DNA of 64,000 nt from Marsupella aquatica (taxonomy: Eukaryota > Plantae > Marchantiophyta). The stretch lies in assembly GCA_973895155.1 (NCBI GenBank), contig OZ316897.1, forward strand, positions 2,369,316 to 2,433,315, in the 5' to 3' direction. How positions within the stretch are numbered: position 1 is the stretch's first letter; each line of letters starts with the position of its first letter. Positions 10,846-24,279 of this stretch are shown piece after piece. A model generated the notes under the pieces. It did no database searches. It was not told the DNA's origin and saw nothing but the letters and a program-made list of their open reading frames with translations. The translations under genes and the position numbers were made by a program.

Positions 10846-13800
10846 TCAGAAGGTATTAAATGTTTAGCGTGTCATAGTTCAAAAATGGGGAATTACCGCG
10901 CATTACCCCCACAAGCCAGAATGGACCTCCATGTTTGCCAAAATACTCAAATAGACTTCCGCAACTCTGATGGGACAAAATGGAAACTCATATAGTTTAG
11001 GGTCCCTCATTATTTTCTCCTAGAAAGACCAAATGAATTCGATTTAAATAGCTAGGCCACATATAGAATGGGGGCAGAACCCTCTTTCTTGCTCATAGGA
11101 TACAAGAAAACAACAATCATCTTTGCAAATTTGTAGGTCTCTCAATTCCTAATGAAATTAGAGTATATTGGGCTCATTTGAAAGATCTTTCCAAGCAGAA
11201 CAGAACAAAATCAGATTCCATTACATATAGAGGGAGATAGTGAATGTTTTTGAGCAAAGTTTGGAGCATGACTGATGGAGTAATCTTTAGAAATACATAG
11301 CTTTCAAGTTTACATGGAAACTAAAGATACTTGCCTGGTTGGAAAGATCTTTCCCAAGCAGGTTCTAACAAGCCCAAGAATAGCCGATTAAGGTCAAACT
11401 TGGCTACTGAAAACTTTTGGAAACCATAATGGTGTCCATGAGTGAAAGAGTAAAAAGTGTCACAGTACATGGAAGTTGCATGGTTGATGTGCTTGGTCCA
11501 TTGGAGCCTAAATTTAATACCCATAAGCTGCCAAAAACTACCAAAAATACCCCTAAACTTGTTGTAAAAAAAGCTAATGAACCCCTTCAAATTCTCTGCA
11601 TAAGGAGCAAGTGGAGAATAAGAGTAAACAATCTCAATCTTAGATCATAGAGGTCTCAGAATACAAAGGGATCACCTAATTAAGATTTCAGGGTGGGGAG
11701 TAAGAGGGAACAATCTTGATCTTTGATAGAGTTTAAGATTTGGAGATCTTAAACTCTGAAAAGCAATACAGCAAAACCATGTTGGCTATGCAAAGTGCAA
11801 GTGCAAGGTTATAATCTGTAACCCAAACCATGACCCTAGCTAGTGAAAAGTAAGGAACATATTGGCCAAAAAAAGGCATTTGGACAGGCAGTTTTGTAAA
11901 TTTCTAACTGATACTTTTGAAAACTTGCAAGAGGTTTTGTAAATTTCCCTTAAAAATCACTCTAGTGGTACTAAATGGTTGGCTCAACTTAAGTTCTGGC
12001 AATAACATGGATACCAGGTCCCTGACATAGCAAGAAATAAACCATCAGCTTGCAATTCCACTTGCTAAACTGATACCTTTAGTCTACTTTCAAAGGAAAT
12101 ATAGGTTCATTTGCTTTGCATTGATACATTACATGCAAGTTGAAAGTATGTAAAAAGAGAGAAATTAGTTCGTGGACCCCTTGGCTAATAAAATCAGGGG
12201 AAGAGTCGATCTGAGCCGTCTCCATTTGTCATCTCCGGAAATCTTGTCCGTCCATCTTAATGGCCAATCTATGGCTCAAAAGAAAGATCTCAAATAGATC
12301 TATGGATGGGTTCTGTCCGTTTTGCAAATGGGTTAATATTTTCAAATGAAAAATTAAACAAATCCAAGCCTTCCTAGCCGTCGATTTTGTTGATTTTACG
12401 ATCTTTGCCGTCCATTTTGTAATGCCTCTAGAAATCTTATTCATCCATGTTAGAAGGCGATCTAGGGTGAAAAAGAAAGATCTCAATGAGATCTACGACT
12501 GGGTATTTTTCATTTTGAGAATGAGTAAATAGTTTTGAGTATAAAATTCGATGATCTTTCAAGATTCCAGCCATTCTTCCTCCCCGATCCTGGGTTTCTA
12601 TGTGCTCTTCCCAGCATTAATGGCCGTACAATACGAGAGGTCCTTACATACCGGGAGTTACGGTTTAACAAGGAAGTTATCAAGTTAGTTATTAGTCATT
12701 ATTTATTATATGAAAAATACTTTTTATAAATCTTTGAATTTAAGTTTTAAAATTGGAAATGTAATTAAAACGGTTACATAGTGACAGTTTTAACTGTCTT
12801 GCTTTTTACATTTCCAATGTTTTTACTTTTCTTTTTATGGCATGGCGTCCCAAAATTTACACCCAAATTGACACAAACACGAATGAAAACTACAAGTTTA
12901 ATTCACAAAACCGACGAGTCTTGTTTGTTGCGGTTATTGTTGATGTGGCACGCTATGGTGCCAGGAATTTTAGAAGGGACCTCTAGTGGCGTCCGTAACT
13001 ACAAAGTTCTGCCCAAAACTGTGCTATCCAAAGGCTATCAATAATGTAATAAGGCTGCATATTAAGTGCAGGACATGAGAGCCTATTGAATGTCTTCTTT
13101 TCATTCCCTCTTAGAATAATTTTGGACTGTATAAGGAGTGAAACTACTGCTGTTGGCTTTATTAAATCAGCCCATTTCAGATTTGGTGCCTCCAGATTCT
13201 ACATGGCAAGCAATGGGCTCAAGTAAATGTTGATGTGGAGTGTTTAGGGTGGCTTTATATGATGTTATGGCTAAGAATCTTCATCAGTAATGCTATCCTT
13301 CTTGATGCACCCCTAACTATGCTCATTTTAGTATCTTACCACCTAGGTCTTTTAACCAGGTGATCTAGCTGCCCTATCATGCATTTTGTGTGGGAAAGGC
13401 CTTCCCTTCAGCACCTTGGACACTTTCCTCCAAGCCTGCGAGAAAGGGGAAAAAATGCTTTGAAAGTAAGTTTAAATTACACCCCAAATGATATTCAGTT
13501 GGCTATTTAGTTAACTTGATCCAACTTGATAACATTGACACAATTACCTAATAAAATGAGATCAAAAGGTAGGATAAGGGCTTACTCTCTAGAGTGAAGC
13601 CTCTAGATCATGACTTTGGAGCAGAGTTACTGTTTGTTGTGGGATTGGAAACGAACAGGATGTACTCACCATCTATTTATGAGCAGCTCAGGCCTTCTTG
13701 CAAGCATTTAGGCTAGTATTAGCAATTCAATGCAGAGTGCTCACATACGTTGCTAGCTACTTAAAGTTGTGTTATTGGAACATCCCCCCCTAACTTGGGG

Positions 13801-16112
13801 ATTGTATCTGGGCCCAGATCATTACATGTGACTATCGATAAAATAGTTCAATCACTTGGCTAACTTGAGCCAAGTTGATAACAGTTACAGAAGAGATAAG
13901 TGATGGGATGACGACAAGTTTGATTCCTGATCCACTCTAGGAAAGAACTGATCAGTTGAAAATATGCTACATTAAGAGTTCTTTTGGGGGGGGGGTAGGG
14001 ACAAGGGGAAGAGGTGGTGTTCCTGGTGGTATGGGGCTTTTTTTGGTTTTGTGCATAGGTCTAAAAAGCATGAGTTTGGATTAGTGTAAACAAACAAGTC
14101 TATGCTGAAGGCGGAATCTCATTAACTTGCATTGGTTCTTTCTCAAATGCTTTCCTAATGCTTTCCTACATCTTGCATGCGAAATGGTCTCCCAATGAAA
14201 AGTCATTCTAATGATATGTACTGTAGGTTTTGGGGCATCCAAGGTGTAAACCAAACATCTGTTGCCAAGGTATCAAGGATGGAGAAGGGAATTCTGACTA
14301 AATGTTTTGAAGCATTCAAGTTAGTCCCCTGCAAAACCAAGAGTGTGCAACATCCTGTTGTGTGCCAAGCCCAAGTCCCAATTGGCTAGGGAAGAAAGGA
14401 AATTCACAGAAGAGGTTTGGGAATACTACACCTCTCCCAGGTTCACACAATGCCCAACATGAAAACATACACTAATATCATGGGCAAAAGCCCATAGAGG
14501 CATGAATTTGTGACAACTCACTTGAGTAGAGACTGATAGGTCTTAAGTTCAATTGTTATGGGTTGACTCTTCCCTTTCTATGGGGTTTCACAAATTTCTT
14601 TAAAAAAAAATTATAAAAAAATTATAAAAAAACATCATGGGCAAGCAATTTCTCTTCAGATGATGTTCTCAGTAAGACATCTTTGCTATGGTCCAATTAC
14701 GATGACATGCTCGTGATGAATAGGTCATCAACATTGAAACAATGCAATCATTGAAATAAACAAACAGAGAGTCACGGGATAGAAAAGCTCCCCATTAGAA
14801 AGTATGACTATTTTCTCTCGTTGCGCTTTGCGGAGCTCAATCAAAGTGGCACGCCTTCTGTATGCCACATTGCTCACTTTATTCTCTTGGCTGATTCATC
14901 AATCAAAGTGGCGAAAGTTTTGCGTGCCACATCGTTCGTTGCGAAACTAGGGTAGAAGCATAGATTGGACAGTTGTTGTACACGCAATATTTGTGCCATC
15001 CCCATGAATTGTTAGAGGAGTACATGCGGCACTGCGTCGGTGCGCCCATCAGCGAAAAGAGGGGCATATGAAACTTCTCAAACATCTGACCGGCCCGAAA
15101 GTAATTTAAGAGCCTCCGCATACAGTAAAAGTCAAATTCAATCTCACAAACGCAAGTAGATAAATGCTGTACTTATTATACAACTCTGAATAACTTAGAA
15201 CGTCCTGGTAAGTCAAGAGCTACACCACAAAATATTCAACTCGCCTGAGTGTTACTGTCCCCAACGAGTTGAAGATACCATAGATCTTTTTTCCGTGTTC
15301 AATGGTGAAAGAGAATTCTCACAGTTCCACGAATGCGTCATCATTCGTGGATGGACTCTACTACCTACCTATTATACATCTCAGCAAAGGGATTGGCAAC
15401 GACAAAATGATCAACTCATCAAAAATCAAATGAGGATCCCTTCCACTTCAAATCTACATGCGCGTCCAAAATCAGTATGTTCTGCTGACAGTTGCCGGGA
15501 CGGATCTAGGATCTAGCAAAATTTTACTTTTCCATTCAATGGTGAGCTAGAATTTGCACAAAGCCATAACAAGAGTTGTTGGTATTATGACCAACTGTCT
15601 ATGATACATCTCGAGAAAGGGCCTTTAATGCATTCATCACCCAGCATCAAAGTGATTCTACTATTGAACCTGCCTGACTTCTGCACTGATTCGAGTGTCG
15701 CCATTGCTTTGATAGCAAGCTGACATGACAGGAGCCAATCAACACTCAGCTCTGATGCCAATTGTGGAGACTTCTTCCCAACTCAGCGAGGCAATCGGAG
15801 TTTACTCCCATGTCGTGCATTTGTCCTTCCAAGGAAAAGGAGACGGGAAAATTGCACTGGATGGAACATGCCGCCGTCTTGAGGTCTACGAACCATATCA
15901 CCAGAAGGCGGCCCGGGCACCAAAATTTCAATTCGCAGGTAGTATACATGACTTTCTCTTGTAACCTCTGGGGAACAACTATGAACCATAATTGAATCCC
16001 AATCTAATATACAAATCGACCTCTTCACCGGGATGGATATGCAATGTGACCTGCAAATCTTATACATCGCCAAAATTTCCCGGAAAACTTCCTCAAGTGC
16101 CATTTACAAGGA

Positions 16113-19100
16113 TCAACTCAGATGAGTGCCAGCATGCTCAGGCCTCATATGTGGGCCTCCATTTTCTTGAAGAACGTAAAGAAGCACATAAGCTTCGGAG
16201 AATTTCTCGTCACAGAAAACGCCATCAGGTGACACCTGCAAGTGTCAATCACCAGGAATGCCTGGTTGTTAATGCATGTTTGGCTCGTATATGGAGGTTA
16301 GAGTAACCATGTCCTCCGAAATTCAAACGATGCCCCAATCAGAATTACACCACAGATTTCTACACCGTATGAGGGATTCTAACTTTACTTGGCATAATTT
16401 GCAGGTCGAAAAGGGAGACAGAACTTCAGACTAGAAGGGAACGATCAAAGATCTGCATACAAGAGGCAATCAAGTAAACTGGAAAGGAGTTCGGAGATTG
16501 CTTACCTCTCTGACGAGGGCATCATCACATCTGATATATTTCGACGAATCCAGATCATATATGTCAACAGTGTAGTGGCCGCAAGACGCTAACTTCCCGA
16601 CATGACTCACCACGCCGTGGAGAGTATAGCGCGTGGACAAAGCGGCACCAAATCCATTCTCTTTTGTATCGTACATCCTGCCGTCCTTCAACTGTGACAA
16701 ACCGCGCGAATTCGGATTTCAAAGGAAGCTTTACGAGCATGGGTCAATGGTTCGAAAGATGTGGATAGATTTTTGAAAGTAGGATTGATGTGACCACTAC
16801 AAGAATTATTCCAACTACCACCCAAATTAGGACGACACTTAACACTTATCGTTTATCGGAGAATGGAAATCTAGATCAAACCAAACCATGCCAAAGGGCT
16901 CAGTTTATTTATTATCAAGAGCGAAATTGAAATTTGTCTACCAAGAAACTACGTGTGGGACCATGAGACGAACACAGGTTGCTGACCTCTTGAGGGACCG
17001 CCAGTCGATCTCCGTTGCTATGACATCCGTTGCCATGAGAGCTCTCGTGACAGTCTGCAATTACAATCTGACAAGTGAGTCTACCCTGTTCCAAAACGAG
17101 AAAACTTAGGCGGCAGACCTCCTCTGAAACAAATAAGCTCCACTACCCTGCGACAGTAGCTAAGAAACGTCAAACTGCCTCACCTTCCAAGGCTGGAAGA
17201 TCTTCGTTAACATATTCCCTGCCATTGCCAAAAACTTCCTCCTGCTTGCATGGACCCCGCACTTTCTCAAGGCACCAATTTCCTGCCCGTCATCGCCAAT
17301 TCAGATGAGCACAAGCAAAATGGATTGCAAAGACAATTTTGAATCGAAATCTATGTACATTAATAAGGTCTAAGATTCCCATCATGTACGAAAAGCGACT
17401 TGGATTCATTTCTTGACTGCACGGGTTCTTCTAATCACAACCTGTGGACGAAATGATTCTCAAATGAAAGACAGAATTCAACCCTTAAATGGATCGATCG
17501 AATAAAACGTCGAAGAAATAGGATGAGGCTTAATCCTAGACTTATAAATAAACCAGACGATGATACTGACAATGCAGGTAAGAGGAGGGAGGTTCACGAG
17601 CACCAACCTAGATCGAGAGACTCGGAAAATTTGACCGGAACAGACACCTTGGAACAGAGCATGTGACGATCAATTTCGAAGCGATTGATATGCAAAATGA
17701 GAACGCGGGGTAGTTGTACGATCTTCGTCTCGGATCTCATCGTCTCGGCGCCACACTTTTCGCACTTCCGGGACAAAGTCTCCACCTGTTGCCCAAAAAA
17801 ACACGATAGAAATGAGCGCGTTAGGGGACCACAATTCGCCCACGTGACGTCGCAATGCCGTGATTTACTTACACGATCACGTGATTCGATCACCGAAAGA
17901 ATTGTGCTTTCTGAGAAATACACTGTGAAAGGATGAAAGATTTCGAAAGGTTGTTTCAACCTGAAAGTAGAGATTCATCAGCGCTTCAATGTCGGGAATT
18001 TCCGCTTGAGGGTCTCTGTGACAATAAACCAGGCCAAGAGCGGTATTAGCGATCCTCATCTTTATCGAGGCCTAATCTCGTCGACCGAAGCATGGAGCAC
18101 GCCCCCTTACGAACCAATATGAGAACTGAATGCCGGAGTGAGCTACTATGTATGGGAGAACTTGGAAGTAATCAACGTGGAAGACCTACCTTCTATCCTC
18201 TGGGAGAGGCAGGGAAAAATGTCTGGACGACTGATCCACGTTGACGATATTCTCGCACCCCTCGCACGATAAAATGTTTCTGACCTGGCAGCTGGGTAGG
18301 GCATGCCATAACAAATTATGAGGCGGTGCAGCACAGTGAACATGTGAGAACGAAAAAGCGACTGATGGCAACATATTGCGAATCATCCATAAAAAAATTA
18401 AATTATACCTGAAATTTCTTGTCGTTGGACATATGCTCTCTCGGTCGGCAGGAAGTGTTTGAGATTCCTCCCACATCTGCCGCTGACTTAGAGCAATCTC
18501 CTCTTCAATTTTGTCAAGCACATTGAGGAGGTATTCTTGCGCATCCTGAGATAATCGGCCCAAGCCCGCGTTAGTAAATGAGACATGGAAAAGATATCAA
18601 TTCATGGTAAGCTAAGGCAAGAAGACCCACCGAGAGAACCATATCAGCTTACCTGCTGAATACTCCCTTCGAAGTCGGTCATGTACTTCTCACAAGCATG
18701 CTGCAAGCATGTGGGATTGACGGTTTCATTTCTTGTACTGTGGGTCAACGTTTGGAAGACTTGTCTCAGACCGACGAAAATACCATCCCTGCGTAGGGGT
18801 AGCTTCGCCGGAAGCGGGAGATCAGCGGCAAAACATTCCAGATTGTATAGGAGTTGAATTACTGTGTTCATGTAGCATGTGTTCCCCAGATTCCACAGTC
18901 TGCAAAGAGTTCATGAAACGGGAGCAACTTAGATTCTTCCAAAAGCCCCGTCATCGGGTAAACAAGCTCCCGGCAGACCGTGCTTCAATTGTTGGGCATG
19001 AACAGTTCTTGCTCGTCTCACTAGAAACTTCAAAATTTTGGCAACGATGGCAAGTGGGTCAATCAAACTGGTATTTAACATAAAGTCCAGAGTTGTTCAA

Positions 19101-20328
19101 CTGAGAAGAGAGATAAAGTCATACCCGTGAAAGTAACTCGGAGCAGGAATGTATTCAGGACTAGCGGGTCTTCTCTGCACGCCTTGAGCTGCTGGTCTTA
19201 TAGTCACTGCATCTGAATCGTCGATTACCTCCGAGACTGGACTCACAGAAGCAGAATATGTACTAGTCGCGCAAACCGGCTCTGGACTCCCGACCCTTCT
19301 CAGCAAGTTTTCAAACCCATTTTCTTGCGGAGAGGCAGTGGCACACTCGTGCATCCGCGCGGTGAGCGTAGGAGACGAGTGGACAGCAGCACATGTCACA
19401 CCGTTATCCACCAAGCGGTAAGCTTCCACAACCGGTGAATGATCTGAGCATTGCTCAATCTGTATATCCATTAGCACTGCTTGTTGGCCGTGGTAGCCAT
19501 TCGGAACCACCCCATTAGGAAGCTGCGACTCTTCATCGTTAGCTGCTGTGCGGCGTTCAATCGCGCTTGCCAATTTAACTGGCGATGTCCGTGAAATATC
19601 CTCGTGAGAAGGAAAATGAAAAGTTCGCTGATGCGGCTCGTGACAGTTGTCAGGAGCTACTGCGTTGCTCTGAGCAGGTCTGATAGGTTTGATTTTATGG
19701 ACAACAGGAGCAACTGCTGGAACAATACCATTTTTCTGGACGACAGATCGCCGAACTTCTGGGGCACCAGAACTGTCGTAGACGTGATCCTCTACTCTGT
19801 TGCGTTTTATAGTTCGAGGGGCCGCAGGTTGACCGAAATTATTCTTCACTGTTGCTCGGGAGCCTGAAATACTCGCAGCGCCCAAGGAATGCCCTGACTT
19901 AGAAAACTTTCTTATGAAAGTGATAGTTTCCGAGTTTGCGGCTGTAGAACATCCATAAATTCACCGACAGAAACAAAACGGCAAGGAGTTGGGCGATCGT
20001 CATTGAGTTTAATGCAATACACAAAATGACAGCTAAACTAGTTCGATGCAGCAAAATTTGTGAAAGAGACACAGAATGCCAACCGTTTAGAGGAGTCTTT
20101 TTCTTTGCAGAAGGGGGAGTCACAGGTTTCTTCATGAGCTCTGCAGTGACCATCCTCTTACTGCGGCCTGCACACGGACGCATTCCTAGTTAGAATGCTC
20201 AGTCCCTAGCCTACCACTGAAATCAAAACCCAGTAGCACAGTTTATGCATAGAAAATCTACCTTTCGCCTTTTTGAACACGCTGATCTGCTGAACTCGAG
20301 ACTTCGTTTTCGGCGATAACTGCGCCAT
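16113..20328 (-). CDS. ubiquitin carboxyl-terminal hydrolase (USP/peptidase C19), USP37-like, ~726 aa, 12 exons: 20328-20262, 20185-20084, 19941-19125, 18899-18653, 18545-18409, 18291-18190, 18015-17961, 17785-17608, 17282-17184, 17054-16987, 16691-16506, 16235-16113
   Basis: Cys box GLWNLGNTCYMNTVIQ, QQDAQEYL, CxxC pairs (CEGC, CEKC), LPRVLILHINRF, His box VVSHVG..CGHY..CDD..V, AYVLLY; the spliced CDS is 2181 nt and stays in frame. The start codon is the least certain part. Confidence 0.9.
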
Positions 20329-22429
20329 GACGCTGACCGACGTCGGTAGAAAGGAAAGATGTATATTCAATTACATTGATCTGAAGTTGCTCTCCCACCA
20401 CCACAATGGCCACTCTCAAGCGCTGGGGTGGGCTAATCCCTTTGCTGCAGTGAAGGCTCGACTTGCTCGGGCGAGGTCGTCCAATGCAGGGTCCGTAGAC
20501 CTTTCCTGTGAGTGACACTGACCCGAGCTTTCCTGCTGATTCCTGAATGCCTAGCTTCAACGAGAAGCTTCTACCACTTAAAACTATCCTAAACCCGGAA
20601 GACTTGGAGGTACTGCCAATGCCTTGATTGACACCTTGATTTCACAGCGGTAAAACGCCCAAAATATATCCTTCACGTCAGTTCCTGCACCTTCTGCCTG
20701 ATGACAGAGTTCAAAAATGAATAAATTCAGCTTCGGTTGACCGAGTACTCGGAGAAAGCGAACTCTACAATTTCAGACGTTAATTGCGAGAAACACGGAA
20801 AAAAAAGTCCTCCAATATGGAAGGGACAGCAACCTCTCAGCCAGCCAACCATCCGCTCTAATCGGAAACTCTGCTTAGGGAAGCGGCTAGACACCAATTA
20901 TCAAACGAATGCGACCCACGCCAGACGCCTCATAGACTGGAAACGGAGCCTTAAACCCACAAGAACGGAAGATCAACAAGCTCGCTCGTCAACCATCCGA
21001 GTCCCAAAACCCAACCCAAGGTCGCTCCAGGTGCGCCAATAAGTGCGAAGGGAAAATGGGTCGAACAGAGTCTTACAAAATAGAAGCAATCGAAAACAGA
21101 TCCCACGCTGCTGGACAGTCCTCTCGGTACTTGTAGAGCAGTAAATGAAATCAAAATCTCGCACCGAATCTTTAGCAGAAAGGAGGGTAGTGTGGAGTGG
21201 CGTATAGTAGAGAACAGAGGAGATTGAAAGAGCAGACGAGAGGAGAAGAGAGGGAGAAGAGACGCAGTGCATTACCTGGAAGACAGAAAGCCGTAAATCC
21301 CGTCCAACAAAGAGAAGCAGCAGCCAATCCCTTTCTGCCACTCCCACTCCCTCGGGAAGGGAATCGAACCGAAGCGGAAACCAAAACCCTAATAATGATC
21401 CCTCCCTTCCGCGCGTCTGCAACACCGAACTCCAACAAATCGGATTACACACTACACCACGAACCAAAAGGAGAGACAATTCCTCCTCCGCACCGACAGG
21501 AACGAGCACTACTCCAACGACGACCTAACTCATCAGCCCTTCTTCCCCCAGTCACGAAGCTCCTTCGCCTTCGTATTCAGCAACATTGCCACCAGAACCA
21601 CGACCCGAATTTCATCACCACCCTCGTCAACACACTCGAGTGCGCAGACACCAATTCAAACCAGCTCTACAAGTAAAACCGAGCAGAGGCCTCCCCAGCC
21701 CCGCCCGCAAGGGGAAGAGCGCGCGAGCGCCAGCACTACAGCAGCATTCAGAGGCGACGAGCCACGACGAATCATTCGTATTCAAATATGATTTCGAGCA
21801 TCAGACCCCAGGCAGACGAGACGCGGGAACCATTCGACGACAGCAATCCAAAAACCTTTCCCTCTGCCGTCTGCTTTTCCTTTCCTCCTTACTCGTCACA
21901 CTTCACACTGTACACACCCCCAAGAGAACTGAACTGTGTGACAGACAGAGCCATCAAGAGCCCGCCCGCAGCTGAGCTGCAGACCACATCCCCCCCCTCT
22001 GACGCTACGGCCGCAGTCTGATATACTCTGATGGAACTATGGAAGGAAGCGAAATTGCAAATCAAGCGGCAGAGCAGTGAGTGACTTTTACAGAAGTGAA
22101 CGAAAGGCAGAACTTACAGAGAAACGGACATGACAGAGACGACGAAAGGACGGAGTAACGGACAGAAACACTGAGCGACTGAGCGAGGCAGACGAGAGAA
22201 TCGGACCAGAAGAAAAACCAACGCCAAAGCACAACTGCAGACCCTGACTGTACCTTATATACTCTTTTTGCGTACACTCGGACTAGGGGCTGGACGGGCT
22301 TGACCCAGATGGGGCTTGGGGTTGCCCATGCGGATTTACTTAGGGACCAAACGTTAGACCTCGTAAATCCAAGCATTAAACCCCAAACATTTGGACACCG
22401 GATATTCCACGTCTTTGTTTGGTCGACCC

Positions 22430-22601
22430 TTGATCTGACCCCAAAATGAAAACTGTTGCTTGATAACACTCCTGAGGCTTCGTGTATGTTAATTAGGTTT
22501 CTTGTATGTTAACTCAAGATCCATCAATCAATGGTCTGGATCACTCAGGGGTCCTATCAAATAACAGATTTCATTTTGGGGTCCCATCAAGCAAATATCT
22601 C
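22430..22601. mobile_element. MITE (same family as 47211-47390) upstream of the USP gene
   Basis: ~47-bp inverted repeat 22430-22476 vs 22544-22590; right end AAGCAAATATCTC resembles AAGCAAATCCCTC of the 47.2-kb MITE; shared internal GATCCATCAAT..ATGGTC(T/C)(G/A)GAT motif in opposite orientation. Confidence 0.7.
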
Positions 22602-23622
22602 CTGGAAATCCAAACATTAAACCCCAAACATTAGACCCCAAAAATCCTGGTAAAAAGGAGCAATCTACAGACTATATAATATACAATCTACGTTTTTGTT
22701 CTCATGGTTTGTTTATGCAATATTCTTGTGGTGGCTCCTGGACAATTCAATTCTGGTGAGAAAAATTCTAAGGATGAGGTTAGTAGTTTGCCTCTTTGTT
22801 ATTTGACATGTTAATTTTTTTTATAAATTCTACTAACCCTGTTGTAACCATTTTATCTACTTTTAAATTACTAAATCGTCTCTTTATGTTAGCTGATTTA
22901 CATAACAAGTAACAATGACTAATTCTAGGCATTCAATTTGATTGACCAACACATTTGATGTATCACTTCTTAACAAAGAGGACAGTGGACAACAGTGCAC
23001 AATGGTCATAACAAAATAAATATTGTTGGAATTTTTAGATAAACAAATGAGATAAAATGTTGATAATGAACGTGATGGTGTGCCCTTTAAACCTTCTCCC
23101 TACAACTTTGTTTCACGTCCCATAGTTTTTGTCATATTCTGGAGTTTAAGGTTGAGACCTGCAAGAGCAGGAAACTTTCCGGGCCTTGCCCTTGGGACCC
23201 CAATATCTCTGCTGTCACATGAGGGGGTGCTGCCAAAAAAATCTTGGTCATACACAGCCTTACAGAACTCAAGTTGAGGATCTCATTTTGAAGTGCCTTG
23301 CACATGCAAGTTGGGCCTAAGGGTAAAACAAAAGACAAAGGTGGGGGCAAAGATGAACATGACACTAAATAAAGACAAAGCTAAGGGCTAACCAAAAAAA
23401 CAGGGATGGGGCAAAGATGAACTGGAAATAATAATTCTATTTCTGGTAAGATTACTTTTGTATTCATCTCTATTTAGTCAAGGAAGGGGTAATCAAGCTC
23501 TTTGAGCAAATTGGGATGTTTAATTAGATGTGATTTATCTCGACTGGGAAAGTTTATCCAAGCATCACCAAACTCAGACAACCCAAAAAAGATGTCGAGT
23601 ATTTTGATCCGTCCGTCCCCTT

Positions 23623-23791
23623 GGAGCGGACATCGCAGCCGTGCGAACTGCGAAGAACGTCCGATGTCCGGTGCGGTACAATGTCGTCTGTACCGCACTT
23701 TGCGAGGGATCGTCGCATCGCGGGTGAAGATTATCGGGTCGCGCGCGCCGTCATGGGGCGTCGCGGTCACCCTTAATGTTTCACCCGCTCC
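23623..23791. other. compact multi-hairpin (five-way junction) segment in an isolated CpG-rich island; candidate structured ncRNA
   Basis: Stems GGACATCG/CGATGTCC, GTGCGGTACA/TGTACCGCAC, TGCGA/TCGCA and GGGTGAA/TTCACCC, closed by GGAGC/GCTCC; no recognised RNA family motif. Confidence 0.35.
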
Positions 23792-24279
23792 GGGATTTCC
23801 GCCAGCGAATCGGCTTGCGGGACAATATGGACACGTGTGGCCTCCTGCCTGCGCGAGATCTTGTGATTGCTAACTGGGTGCGTGCGTTGTCTGCCAGTGC
23901 CATGCATGGATGTCTGTAATCTGTACCCTATAGTTCTCCCTGCCTACCGTACGGAGTCCTTCGGTTGTTCGTTCTGGCGTTCTGCCCCCCGGTTCCCCCG
24001 CTCCGTGCGTTTTGAAAAGATGGGTGCGGTCCGACCCGGTCCTTAGAACTGATGATTTTAATACATTATTCTCTACCGCATGTGCACTATTGTCCCTGAC
24101 GCACACGAACCCATTAATAGCGGGAAGTCGGGAACCACTCCGTCATGGAACCCTGCTCCGGCCAATGGGACTGGAGTGTTAGGCCCCCTTTTCCTGGGCC
24201 AGTACCAAAAAGTTCACAAGTACGTTGTTGGCGTGGTTATGTATAGGGTAATGACGGGTTAGTCTTGGAGAGTTTATGT

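Noticed and set aside
13000-14520. Possible decayed LINE remnant on the minus strand (also ~25900-26800)
   Set aside because: Only vague Trp/Cys-spaced peptide hints; no diagnostic RT or endonuclease motif recoverable by eye
23860-23880. GATTGCTAA similar to the sequence leading into plant telomerase RNA templates
   Set aside because: Not followed by ACCCT; no CTAAACCCT template and no USE/TATA promoter nearby
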